35,503 nucleotides of DNA from Catajapyx aquilonaris (Eukaryota): the NCBI GenBank assembly GCA_000934665.2, contig JYFJ02004047.1:1-35503 (forward strand), given 5' to 3'. This document shows positions 1 through 11,302 of the stretch, piece by piece (positions within the stretch are counted from its first letter, which is position 1; each line of letters starts with the position of its first letter). Under the pieces are notes generated by a model, which saw only the letters and a list, made by a program, of their open reading frames with translations, did no database searches and was not told where the DNA came from. Both the position numbers and the translations under genes were made by a program.

Positions 1-485
1 AATCGTCACCTCTTTTAGATGCTGATTTTAACTCTAACGTTTAATTTTTCACATATAAACGTTAATTGGTGAATTTTAGAGGGTCTTTTTCGATTGGGCC
101 AAGTCTGTTAGAATGGGTTTAGTTTTTCCTCCATTTTTTTCTTTTCATAGTAAAATCCTACCTACTGCTCTGAGTAGTTTGCAGCAGTAATTTTTACGAG
201 CCGTTCCATACAGTACTTGAGTCTTACTTCTCTTTTTTTACCGAAGGGAAAGTTTTTGATCTAATTTCAGTTCTTTTTTGACAGTACACGTAACTTATGC
301 TCTACAGTGTCTACACTATACAGTCTGCACTATGAATGTATTGCAGACGATTTTCGGCGCTTGGAAGTCCCTAAAATTATTTTCACAGAGATAGTCGTAA
401 AAAAACGAAAGTCGAGTGCTACCAGCCAACGGTTAGTCAGATTTAATTATTATGAAATAGCCTATATACGCTAAAATATACGTAA

Positions 486-653
486 TATATACATTGAGAA
501 CTGTACCAGATGAATTTGCTGAAATCGGGGAACTTTGCAAGAATTCATTCAATACTTATCTGCGGCTTGCCTCCGTCACATCTGAAAACTCCCAACCGTA
601 CTTAATTTTCGCGAAATGCGACGATTTCAGCAAATCAGTTCGTCTGGCACGTT
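486..653. mobile_element. MITE, copy 1 (right end truncated)
   Basis: Homologous to 834-1012, sharing e.g. ggcttgcctccgtcacatctgaaaactcc. Subterminal inverted repeats gaatttgctgaaatcg / cgatttcagcaaatc. Confidence 0.75.
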
Positions 654-833
654 ACAATAAAATACGCAAGTAAATGTCTGCAAAACCTGCGTAACGAACG
701 GACAGTATGTCTGTGTTTGCATGGAAATGCCCAGGACATGTATCTTTTCCAATTCCCGGACCCGCGGAAACCAAAACTAGACAACTGTCACCAATGTCAC
801 TTACAACATTATTCGGGGCAACCCTTCAATTAT

Positions 834-1012
834 TATCTACATTGAGAACCGTACCAGCCGAATTTACTGAAATCGTGAAACTTTCCAAGAATTAAATCAA
901 TACTATGTGTGGCTTGCCTCCGTCACATCTGAAAACTCCCAAACTTATTTAATTTTCGCGAAATGCAACGATTGCAGCAAATATTAGTCTGGCACATTTC
1001 TCAAGGTAGATA
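834..1012. mobile_element. MITE, copy 2 (about 50-bp imperfect TIRs, TA at both ends)
   Basis: tatctacattgagaa... / ...ttctcaaggtagata are inverted termini; direct-orientation duplicate of 486-653. Confidence 0.8.
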
Positions 1013-1074
1013 TTCCGCATACTGGAACATACTTTCATAATTAAATCAGCTTAAGAGTTGGCCGGTATTACCTG

Positions 1075-1440
1075 GCGATGTTATAGCCGAATCGTCATGC
1101 AACGAAAACATAAATTTCCGCTTTCAATGTGGCTGTACTATGCACTACTAGACTACATACCGATTAATGAAATCTGTCACAAATGCAATATTGGCTCACC
1201 CGAAAATTATGCAGGACCAAAATATCCGAAATTTCCTTCTGCCGTCTCCTTTGTGCATACCTGGAAAACAATATTTTCCCACCGAGGGTCCAAGAAATGG
1301 TCTGTTATACCGGAGGTGAGGTGAAAATGAGTCTGTTACAGCAGGAGTGCAAATACACAGTGCCTAATGGAAGCATGCCGGGACGGCCTTTATAACCAAG
1401 TATGTTATATCCGAGGCTGTTATATCCGGATTCAACTGTA
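1075..1440. mobile_element. pogo/Tigger-like MITE remnant (right end intact)
   Basis: Ends ...gttatatccgaggctgttatatccggattcaactg+TA with repeated tgttata(t)ccg subterminal motifs (also about 1079 and 1303). Left TIR not found, so the left boundary is approximate. Confidence 0.55.
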
Positions 1441-2072
1441 ATAAGTAGGCTACAATCCGTTCACTCCAGAGAAGCAGGGTAACATTTCCCTAACAATATG
1501 GCGAGGTGTAAATAGGAATTGACATTGCTAGGCGATGGAATCCCGAACAAATGAAGTATTTGACGTAAAAAAAAATCATAACTTCAATCCTGCAGCAGGT
1601 GGAAGTGCGAGGTTTTGAACATAAATCCGCACCATCCTACTGCGCATTCGGCCCTTTGATGAAGAAACCAAATTCCGAATAGTTATTGAGCAAATAAATA
1701 GAAACGTCTTTTTCATTTTTTTGCGGCGTTTTGAAGAGGAATTGAGTTTAGCTGTAAATGGTAGGAATGCACTTCACGACGGTGGGGATCTGTGTTCAAA
1801 ATCTGGAAGCTCTACCTACAGCAGAACTTGAGTTAGGGCGAATAAAAAAGCGTAACAACAACAAGAAGATGTTGAAGAAATTCATTGTTGAAATCTATGC
1901 TACGGTCTTACTAAGGGGCTATCGCCCCTTAAATACCTCCGGATTTCTATTTTTATCGCTCTTTGAAACTAGGGAGGTTCATTGTGGACATCCTGTACTC
2001 CATGCCTCTATTACTACTGTATGTATAAAACAGTATTGATGAATCATTGTTAAATGTCGTGCTGTCTCTTAC

Positions 2073-2140
2073 CGAAGGTTCTTCTCTGACTTCCAAAATG
2101 TTGCGGACACATACTGAGATATTGACAATCAGCGATCCTC
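2073..2140 (-). CDS. Cys-loop ligand-gated ion channel subunit, third coding exon (GGSLIVNISVCVRNILEVREEPS, beta-1/loop 2)
   Basis: Acceptor tttacacttgtag| after an 89-nt intron, donor |GTAAGA. Exactly 68 nt, phase 1 to 0, the size and phase of exon 3 in GlyR/GABA-A type genes. Aligns without gaps to GlyR alpha1 [23 protein letters not shown] (recalled) and has an N-I-S sequon. Confidence 0.85.
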
Positions 2141-2229
2141 CTACAAGTGTAAATGTCACGTGAACATAACTCATGAAGGGAGATCTTAAAATAATTATTA
2201 CAAACACGAACACTCGTACAATACCATAC

Positions 2230-2327
2230 CATTCTTTGGAGTAGGAGGCACTCGAGTGTCGTATCCCTCTGTAAAACGCAACTGGTGTTTCTTTAAAAAA
2301 ACTTGCCCATTTACAATTGAGAACCAT
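2230..2327 (-). CDS. Cys-loop ligand-gated ion channel subunit, second coding exon (WFSIVNGQVFLKKHQLRFTEGYDTRVPPTPKN)
   Basis: Acceptor ...gacag|, 98 nt, donor G|GTATGG. Encodes GYDTRVPP, matching the Cys-loop N-terminal GYDxRxRP/PP motif. Confidence 0.85.
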
Positions 2328-2415
2328 CTGTCGAATCCCATTGAGAAATAATAATAAGATAAGTTTGGTTACTCACTAAGCCTTATGCTTAACTATTTAA
2401 AAAAAACCCACTTAC

Positions 2416-2459
2416 CCAACTGGAACATGCAAGAACAGAATAAGAATAGAACCTTTCAT
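2416..2459 (-). CDS. Cys-loop ligand-gated ion channel subunit, first coding exon (signal peptide, MKGSILILFLHVPV+GG)
   Basis: ATG at 2459-2457 gives a basic-then-hydrophobic N-terminus. The exon ends at a consensus donor GG|GTAAGT (intron 2415-2328, 88 nt). Its phase 2 joins the next exon in frame. Confidence 0.75.
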
Positions 2460-3639
2460 GTTGTCAGCAATTCCAAGTGTGTGTTAGTCTCATTTGCTGT
2501 GCAGCTAGTAGCTATGGAGAGTAAAAGGCTATTCATTACTCGACGTCCGTGGTGCTGGACGAAAATGAATTACTGTACTGCCCTTACATCTCAGATCGAC
2601 CTGGCGTGTTGCAGGGTCACAATCATCGATTTCGCTCTTTCTAAAGGAAACATACCTATACAGTGGTATTATATCATCTTTGTGCAGTATCAGAGGATTT
2701 TAGCCTCCCTGCCTGTCCCGGGTTGGAGGCCAGGGCTTTCGAACCACCCACGCCAAATCACGACCATGATCACAGCTATGGTTTATGACAATGTGATGGA
2801 AGTCACTAGTCAGTCATGGGAAGGTTGAAAGTTTATTTTTTTTGTGTTTTCTTCAGATTGCACTATTTGGAATTAGAAAAAGTAGCCAAGGACGCCATTG
2901 CTTTAATAATATTGTATAAAAGTATATAACAATCTAAGTACAGTACTCAGTAGTTGATATTTTATTTTGCACTATCAGAATATTTTAAAGTTTGTCACAT
3001 CACATACAAGTAGTCGTAATAGCCCATTGCAAAATACGACATACAGACAATACAGTGTCTTCCAATTGAAGTGTCCATTTCAGGCAGCGATTTTTTGCTC
3101 TAAGCTGCTTAGTTGTAAGCAGTTACTTTAGGGTAGTTACTCTAGTTACATTAAGTGGTTTGAAAAGTGATAATATTAGGCCAAATTGAACCATCTATTT
3201 ATGCTCTGTGTTGCATTCCGGTTGAGAATTACCAATTTAAACCATTGCGTTGGCATCGAACGTAAATGGCAATCAATTTTTTTTTCAGGATACTTGCAAT
3301 TTGTCCTTAAGCACCAATGCCTCATTGGACAAAAGAGTAACATTATTTTGCAAGTGCTTTCATAATGTCCACATATAGAAACTACAGCGATCTACTGGCG
3401 ACCATCGTGTTGGTCACAACTTCTTTAATGTGTGACCTGATTCATTCTTGAATTCCGTCAGGAAAGACCATCGTGTGACGTTACCACTTAAAGAGTGTAA
3501 CATCTGGAATATATTAACAATAATATTTAATAATACTGCTTATGGGCAACAATATTTATCTGGAATATTTGTCATAGTATCAGTGGTGTACATGCAGAAT
3601 TTATCTTTTGTCTTGGAGCCCTCCTGTGACCCCTTCAAG

Positions 3640-3732
3640 TCGAGCACCCTACTGCTTTGCTGTCCCTGCTGCTTCCATAGTTACGGGGCTGCTAGGGGTT
3701 CTCCAGTTTCCTCCTACACTCCAAAAATGTAT
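3640..3732 (+). mobile_element. Degenerate V-domain SINE fragment
   Basis: ggggttctccagtttcctcctacactccaaaa resembles the V-domain end seen at 8921-8950 (ggggctctcccgtttcctcccacattcaaaa). Confidence 0.5.
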
Positions 3733-5620
3733 TTTCCATTTACGATGTCGGACTCTGTTCGACCTATCGTCCTGTCCTGATCCCTCGGTACTTGGTCATG
3801 ATGCGGCGACGATAAGGCCCGAAAGCCTCCTCAAATTAACCAACACAATCGACAACCACTAGAGGAAGCCGAATGGTCTAATCAGTATAGGTTTTCCCTA
3901 TCACTTGCACTGAGGTCGTCAAGAAAACTTACATTATCTCTACAAACTTTGCGAATGCCAATGTCAACTATACAGCAATTTTGGAGCGTCAATCAGCAAG
4001 GAACCTAGATCCTACAGAGCAGCTATACATATTGTTACGACACTATGTCATATAATCTTCGCCTGGAAGCATTTACAATAATCAATTACATTTACGCATG
4101 TTCAGTTAGCCTCTTACTCTGATTGTACCAATGAATGCGGTTTTTTTATTTGGAATCAATGGCATGACCCTGACATGCACAAGTCCTGCTTGAGATGACA
4201 CTACTAGGAAGCGCATTAAGATATTAAGAACTATTGATGCCATGTATTACTTCGAAAGCTTCGAAATATCGCACGTGGTATGCGATATACTTACAATGGG
4301 GTCAGCGTGACTATAAACCATAAGAATCGCATAATTTATAGGGCTATAAATATGTAAGAAATTGCTGATGTCAAGAAAGGGGTTATTGATTATTGTCGCC
4401 ATTATAACACAGGGGTGTAAGAAATAAATGTCAGGAGCTGGCTTTTGAATGCGTGTAAGTTATATGACTTAACTTATGTGTATACTGTGCCCAGTAACAG
4501 CTTCTCATAATAATATTATTCTCACGCCCAGTGTGTACCTGCCACAATATCTTAGCAGTTAGTAGATATATGTGAAATACAGTACTCGCATATACAACTT
4601 TCATGCTTGGTCATTGTTAGCTTCTTCAGAATATGTAACCCAAGTGCATAATGTGCTGTATTGTATTCAGCTGAATACATTATATGGACGCGACAGCCCA
4701 AGTTCGTCAATAAAATTTATGGTTGAAATTCACACTATAATATTATGCTATATGGACTCATACCGTATGTAACAGAATTGAGCTCAAAATCTGATTGGTG
4801 GATGTGTCGTGATGTATGCCCGTATTATTTTTGCCACTTTGGCCCGGTCGACTATACAACAAGAGAGGAGAGACTGTGCGCGCGAGGGGTAATTATTATT
4901 GCCTTCGGCTATACTTCCGGATAGTCTGATGTGCTTGTCGGGTGCAGTATATTCGGGCATAAGTGACTGAAATCGTGATGTAACTTATAGGAGAGTTTGC
5001 AAAAAAGCACTGATACTGATGTGAAGATTGTGAATTCAATTCTGATACACACAGTACACATCACCAGCATTGTGAATAATGATACGAATGTACAGTACCT
5101 TGTACAGTACACTGGTAAGATGCGATTACACACAATAGACCTTTGTTTTTGTCAAAGTGTGAGGAGATTAAGTGTGTATAGTAGTAGTGCTACCTACAGC
5201 TAAAATAGATGTTTAAAAAGTACACTTTTAAACCAAGTTCCATTTAAATTGATAACAATATTATAACCTTCAAAAGAGACTTGACATTAGATTAGAGGTT
5301 ATCTCATTTAGAGTGTATAGTACAGTATACTGGATAGTTCATAAAATGATAATACAGTACTATACTATCGACATTTGCATTTAGGTGAACAATTCAACAA
5401 TGCAAGTATCTCTTCACAATTTATTGTACTTTTCAGCTGCCCCATATGCCTGACGCATGTGCTTGTAATAATAATCCTGGGTATGGCTTTCACCCCCTTT
5501 CGCATGTGCTTGTACACTGTACACGTAAACATGCTGTACGAAGTTCGCGAGAAAAATAATATTTTCCCAGAAGTGTTTTAACTGCCGCACCTGCACTATA
5601 AAGATCGGGTGAATCTCACG

Positions 5621-5870
5621 TCAGTTCCTTCTGAGCTTCGATAGTTGTTTCCCATCCCAGGTCGAACATGACTGTACCCTACTGAATCTAGTTGTTGCTT
5701 TTAGAGTTCCCTGGAAGGGAGAGGAAATTCTTCTTTTTGGCCCGGTTCCGGATGAAAAGTTCCGGAACAAGTCATTTATCTGGTGTTTGTAAATCAAGGC
5801 CTGCATTCTGGAAAGTTTCAACCCATTGGGGATGTCGGGTAGAAGCTCTACCCAAGACAAATAGAAATCT
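5621..5870 (-). CDS. Candidate exon of unknown identity (DFYLSWVELLPDIPNGLKLSRMQALIYKHQINDLF...KLRRN*)
   Basis: Good acceptor with branch-like CTAAT (tctaatgttctttcatcatgttatggtacttttcag|) followed by an open frame of about 82 codons to TGA. No family recognised; it may be non-coding. Confidence 0.25.
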
Positions 5871-7420
5871 CTGAAAAGTACCATAACATGATGAAAGAAC
5901 ATTAGACTGATCTGTACTGCATAGAAACTGCATTCAGAACATGATAATGTCTCCTTAGTCATACGAGAACGTCACATCTTCCGTTACTGCAGCATTCAAA
6001 AGGTTCACTAAAATAATTTTTAAATTGTTTTGAAGCATGTACTGTACTACTGCATAATCAGTAAAGTAGTACTGTATACAGGTTGTTCATACTAATTCAA
6101 ATATACACATACTACAGAGGTATCTCCTGGGCACTATACTATAGAGGATCATTTGATATAGAGAAGAGCGATGTCGTCACTGCAACCTTAGTAATATGAT
6201 CATTAAATTTTATCAGTTAGTATATCATACCATCTCACATGTCGCCACAACCTACGACACTTCTATCCCATTGGCGAATTCCTGCTACTCAAAATTGCGT
6301 TGAAGTTATTTCCGGCTAACACCTTTGTTTTTAAAAAACGCAATGAGGGACGCATATGTTTCAGGATATTTTATGCCGTAATTTCGAAACGCACTATACC
6401 TCTGAAACGAGGCTGCGGAGACCAATAACACCTCTACGTGCAGTATGAAGTGATTGTTTGGTGCCCATAAATTTAACCTTGAAATGTGTCAGAATCATAT
6501 TTGAAATACCGGTACCCTGTAAATTGTAATTCATAAACATGTATATACAGTACTGTACTACACATATTATGCACGTAAAGAAATATTACCCCCTGAGTCG
6601 TCACCATGGTTGAAATATAGACAAGACTATTAATGGCTCTAAAATGAGATCGATCCGGCAATTATTTTTATCTTTCCACGTCCGTTAGCACACCTCCTTA
6701 ATAGCCAAATTACAGCAGTGGGCATTGACATGTAAAATGATACTAGGTGGTAGTAAGAAGACACAGCAGGGATAATCCGACCTGATTAATAATGACGTGG
6801 CGTAATCATGTTGGTATTAGGACAACGACTACATTCGAGAGCACGCTCCAGCGGCATTTTCTTCGTTTTTGTGCAATGTGAAAGGCAGATGGATCTCATT
6901 TGCCAACGCATGAGAAAGTGCAGTCTTAACTGAAGGTCTATAGAGCACCCTCGTAATGATGTTAAAGGCTGAATGAGTGAAAATGAAGGCAGATTATAGA
7001 TGGGTGAGGAGAGGGAGGGGGGGGGGGGGAGAGAAATGCTTGAAAAGCGAAGAGCTTGTGTGGCAACGTCGGAAAGGCGGTCGCATTAATTGGAGAACTT
7101 GATGAAGACTAAACAAACTTCTGATGAGGAATATCTGGCATTATCTGCTCTACTTCCTGATTTCCTTACTGGTAAGGAAGCTATTCAAATTTTGATTTTG
7201 ATAAGCGAGGAAAATCCGGGTCGAGGGACCAAAATTCTTCAGGATCACCATTGTAAGAGCAAGGCGGGGAAAAGGTCTTTTCAGTTCCTATTCTCTTCTG
7301 CCACCTCATATTACCCCCTCCCCCATTCCCAATGTACTTACTGTACATCGAATTATGCGGTTCTATTAGGGAATGATGGATTTAGATATTCGGCAGGTCT
7401 AATTCTTGGAAGACGCTCTA

Positions 7421-7966
7421 CAGGGTGTTTACGACCTAACTTTACAAACTTCGAGGCAAGCTTCTAGGGGTGATAGAGGGAACCAAGACAAACATTTTTG
7501 ACATAGGAACCCGTGTCCGGAAACGCCATCTAGAGGGGGTTCATAGACAAGGAACGGGCGCGCTCAGACGCTTCGTGCGGGAGGCGCTAGTCGAGCGGAC
7601 TGTTTTGTTGACAGATGGCGCTCGGATAGTAACCAACGATGCGATGTGCCATAACGTGGCAACAGCAGAGCCATCTAGCAACTAAAGTCCGCCTCCTAGG
7701 AGACGCGCGGATAGTCAACAGCGGTTCTGTTGTTGCCAGGTTATGGACGCGATACGCCATAACCTGGCAACAACTGCGCGCCATCTATCAACAAAACAGT
7801 CCGCTCGACTTGCGCCTCTCGCGTGACGCGTCTGAGCGCACCCGTTCCTTGTCTATGAACCCCCTCTAGATGGCGTTTCCGGACACGGTTTCCTATGTCA
7901 AAAATGTTTGTCTTGGTCCCCTCTATTACCCCTGGAAGTTTGTAAAGTTAGGTCGTAAACACCCTG
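7421..7966. mobile_element. Tc1/mariner-type MITE with about 200-bp TIRs
   Basis: TA|CAGGGTGTTTACGACCTAACTTTACAAACTTC ... GAAGTTTGTAAAGTTAGGTCGTAAACACCCTG|TA. TA TSD; arms pair to about 7620/7780; additional internal hairpin near 7730-7775. Confidence 0.93.
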
Positions 7967-8785
7967 TATACTCTCCTGAAGTCAAGGACGTGCTTCTAAA
8001 ACAACTTAACGTTTTTCTATTTTTATTTCGTAGCCTGATAACCCTGTTCTAGAAGCACAAACATGTCCTTGAATTATGATCAATTTTGCCATTATGAAAG
8101 TGCACGAGTATTATTAATTTTCTGCCTGGCATCAGGTGTGTGTGCGCCTATACTGTAGACCCCTACTGTATACACTTTTGATATTGCCGTAATTGTATTT
8201 CCTTCATTTCCTGCCACATTATTCAGAGTACAGTCTATAAGCTTACTTAAGAGCTCTGCTACAGTAATAATAGCCTGTACTAAAAGCATATAGTTACTCC
8301 GCACCCGTACAATTCAATAACTGGGAAGAGCTTCAAGGCGACATATTCTGGAGATCCGAAAAATATCGACAATTTTAGACGGCATGACAGCAGTATTTCA
8401 CCTTTTCGCTGGAGTTTCTAGGGCGTTAACAATATAATGTTCAAACTTTTTAGAGCGTGCGGGCCTTGTCCTGTGATTCTATTGCACATCAAATGACGAA
8501 AAGTTAAATAATTTTTTCGTCCGCTTTTGTACTTGTTTCTGGCCAGTAATAATTGGGCCAAGGATTTAGAATAGAATTATTCTAGCACGTCAATTGCTCT
8601 TGTTTTGTAAGCACAAAGATACAAAGTAGGTCTCGTTGTAATATGATGATGTAATGGGCCTAAGTTTTAGTGTGGGAAAGAGTTAATCCGCAGCCTGTAT
8701 ACAAGGAGAATAAATGTGATAAATTGCAATTTGTCATAGATTTATTTAACTCCTTCGGACCATTCACTTAGGCAGAGTAACAGTC

Positions 8786-9036
8786 GACTGCACGGTGGTC
8801 TCGTGGTTATCGCCACAGCCTTCCACCTCTGAGGTCACGAGTTCGATACCCGGATCGGACAGAGGATACTTATGTGGATAGAGTTTCGATGGGTTCTGTC
8901 CGTGTTCGCGTGGGTTTTCTCGGGGCTCTCCCGTTTCCTCCCACATTCAAAATCAATCACCGCGCAGGCAATGATTAAAGTCTGCCAAACAAATTTTTAT
9001 CCCCTAAGAGGTAAGGAGGCATATCACGTGGTATCC

Positions 9037-9085
<49 letters not shown>
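8786..9085 (+). mobile_element. tRNA-derived SINE with V-like central domain and (AAT)n tail
   Basis: Box A tggtctcgtggtt (about 8796), box B gagttcgatacc (8839-8850), V-like domain gtggatagagttt...cgcgtgggttttctcggggctctcccgtttcctcccaca (8872-8946), tail 9037-9085. Confidence 0.85.
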
Positions 9086-9086
<1 letters not shown>

Positions 9087-9508
9087 TATTATTATTATTA
9101 TTATTATTATTATTTTGTTATACCCCGTGCTCGAGCCCTAGGCCCTCTTAGGGGAGTGGAATACCACCATTTGTGCAGGGGACAGGATAGGGATAATGAG
9201 GGGGGGGGGTGCAAGTTAAATGNCAAGTGCAATGTCATCAAGTTGGGGGTCGTGTGCAGTCCCCCAGGGGGTCAGGTTGCAAGAAACCCGCTAGGTGCGG
9301 GCCAGAAACCACCACCGACACCGCACCTCCTCCAGGTCAGGGAAGGAAGCGGCTGTGGCCTATTTTATGGTACAATCCCGGAAATTTTCCTGGGGCGACC
9401 TTGGAAAACCACAGAAAACCAAGGTCAGGATCGCCGGCCTCCGGGACTCGAACCCAGGACCTCCCAATTAGCAGTCGGACACCATATCCACTACACCACT
9501 ACTGCTTC
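9086..9508 (-). mobile_element. tRNA-derived SINE of a second family, with (AAT)n tail
   Basis: Minus strand reads box A tggtgtagtgg, anticodon-like arm tccga-ctgctaa-ttggg and box B ggttcgagtcc. Body gatcctgacc..ggttttctgtggttttcc..ccaggaaaatttccgggattgtacc..taggccacagccgcttccttccc resembles Lm1/Talua-type insect SINE bodies as recalled. Confidence 0.88.
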
Positions 9509-9510
9509 AG

Positions 9511-9511
<1 letters not shown>

Positions 9512-9547
<36 letters not shown>

Positions 9548-9610
9548 TTCTTCTTCTTCTTCTTCTTCTTCTTCTTCTTCTTCTTCTTCTTCTTCTTCTT
9601 CTTCTTCTTC
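9512..9610. repeat. Compound microsatellite (ATT)n(CTT)n
   Basis: Directly visible; switches from ATT to CTT at about 9546. Confidence 0.97.
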
Positions 9611-11084
9611 AGAATATCTTTTCATGGTATGCTAATAGGCCTATACTATGCTTCACTTTCTGCACTCCTTATAAAATGTAGGCTTATACTATAGAAATTA
9701 TTTTTAAACTAATACTACCAAGTCTAATGACAAACATGATATCCTTTGCATCGATCAACTACATCTTGATTTTGGAAACCTTTGACATTTCTTTGATGTT
9801 CGGGCGAATCAATACACCCACAAAATGACTCCATGGTGAAGGACAGCAGTGTGTATTCATTGGGGGATGAAAGATAACCGCCAAGTGAGTAGCCATCTGA
9901 TCTCTCCTTTTATAGAAATAAGTTCAAAGACGAAGTGCCACGCTAGGGATATATCCAGTGCATTTTTGCTATACTATAGTGCCACCAGTCTGGAAATTGT
10001 TATGAAACTGAACCCCGACGCAGTTAATGAGCATTATCCTTGAGTTCTCCTATAGTCCGAGTGATAACCAACAACGGTTACCATAGTGAGCAATGCGATT
10101 TCAAAGGGAAAGGGACACGGCATCTCCCCTCACTCTGTGATGGAGACTAAGAAAACATACTGTATAATGGGATGATGTGTGGTTATGGCGCTGGTTGCCA
10201 TAGGCGACCGTCTCGCTGTCACAGAACTGCCTTGCAAATCCAAAGAGGGCGGTGGCTTGTAATATGCTAGATGCCAGTGGATTTTAGCGGCATTGATAGG
10301 TGTACGTGATGAAATCTAGGTTATGCTTTTCAAGTATAGAAAGAGCACTTCATCAGGTATGGAGCAAGCATTTTTCTAAGCTTACTGCTGATATGAACAG
10401 GATTTTTATTGTATTACCCATACTTTATGGTTTGAATGTTCTAACTTGTGATATTAATATTAATGATGTATTTTTCTGATTAAAAGTCCTATGCAGTTGC
10501 CTAATTTTGCAGGCCACAAAATTACGATGAGTCATAAATTAACCTTGCATGCTCAGACTGTTGTCAGGTTTTCTCATTATTGTTTTAAAGTTTAAACCCT
10601 CCTTTGAGCTTGCAGGCTTTCTCTCTTATACTAGTTAGCTTACTTAGCTCCGCGACTGTGTACAAGACAGTTTTTTCAGTATAGTGTATACAATATAACC
10701 GAGCAGAAATTCTTGAAACAGCTCTATACTTGAGTGTCATTACCTTGTACAGCTAAAATTCCGATTCTTTCATTATTTCTAAAGACTAGCCTATGGGAAT
10801 TTTGTTTGCCTTTTGGCTCAGTTTACATTCCGTACCGATATTAACTTTTCAACCTACTGATGTATAGGTATTATCACTTGCAATACATTGCGGCAATGCC
10901 ACCAATGGATGTGTTACGTAAGGGCTCATACCCGTTACAGATGGGCGTAATATTCCACAGTGTCTTAGATAATGTTTAATTCCATCCCAAATGTTGCAAA
11001 ATAAAAACGTCAAAGTGAGACAAACTGACCATAATAGAAGTACCGTATCTTTCAGAGAAATAAGGTCGAATTTTCATCCCCTAC

Positions 11085-11302
11085 TAGTTACTGTTAACTT
11101 GGCAGTACCAGTGCCAACACTGGTACTGCCAAGTTAACAGTAACTATAGCAGTGGAAAATTCCACACATAATATTCAAATGGAAATTCCAGACCAGAAAG
11201 ACCAGAATTTCCATTTGAATATTATGTGTGGAATTTTTCACTGCTATAGTAACTGTAAATTATAGAGATTAATGCATTTAATGCATTAATCTCTATAATT
11301 TA
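11085..11302. repeat. Three abutting palindromes (29-, 52- and 23-bp arms)
   Basis: 11085-11113/11118-11146 perfect; 11137-11188/11205-11256 with 2 mismatches; 11256-11278/11280-11302 perfect. Confidence 0.95.

Noticed and set aside
1440..1490. GNVTLLLWSERI as the next Cys-loop exon
   Set aside because: Poor match to the expected loop D WxDxRL, and it runs into a MITE.
1..2072. Mutually exclusive duplicate of the 68-nt exon, as in Rdl/GluCl
   Set aside because: No second similar exon found by eye.
1953..2327. 124-aa minus-strand ORF as a single-exon gene
   Set aside because: Only 2073-2140 is in the true frame; the rest is intron or the wrong frame of the preceding exon.
2460..2640. 5' UTR exon structure of the channel gene (acceptors at 2512 and 2641, donor at 2587)
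   Set aside because: Splice-like signals exist but cannot be validated without a reading frame or transcripts.
9430..9508. tRNA gene (GCT anticodon-like loop)
   Set aside because: No convincing acceptor stem, lacks the long Ser variable arm, and continues into a SINE body and tail.
8872..9694. ORFs with poly-I/Y/S/L/F tracts
   Set aside because: Translations of SINEs and microsatellites.
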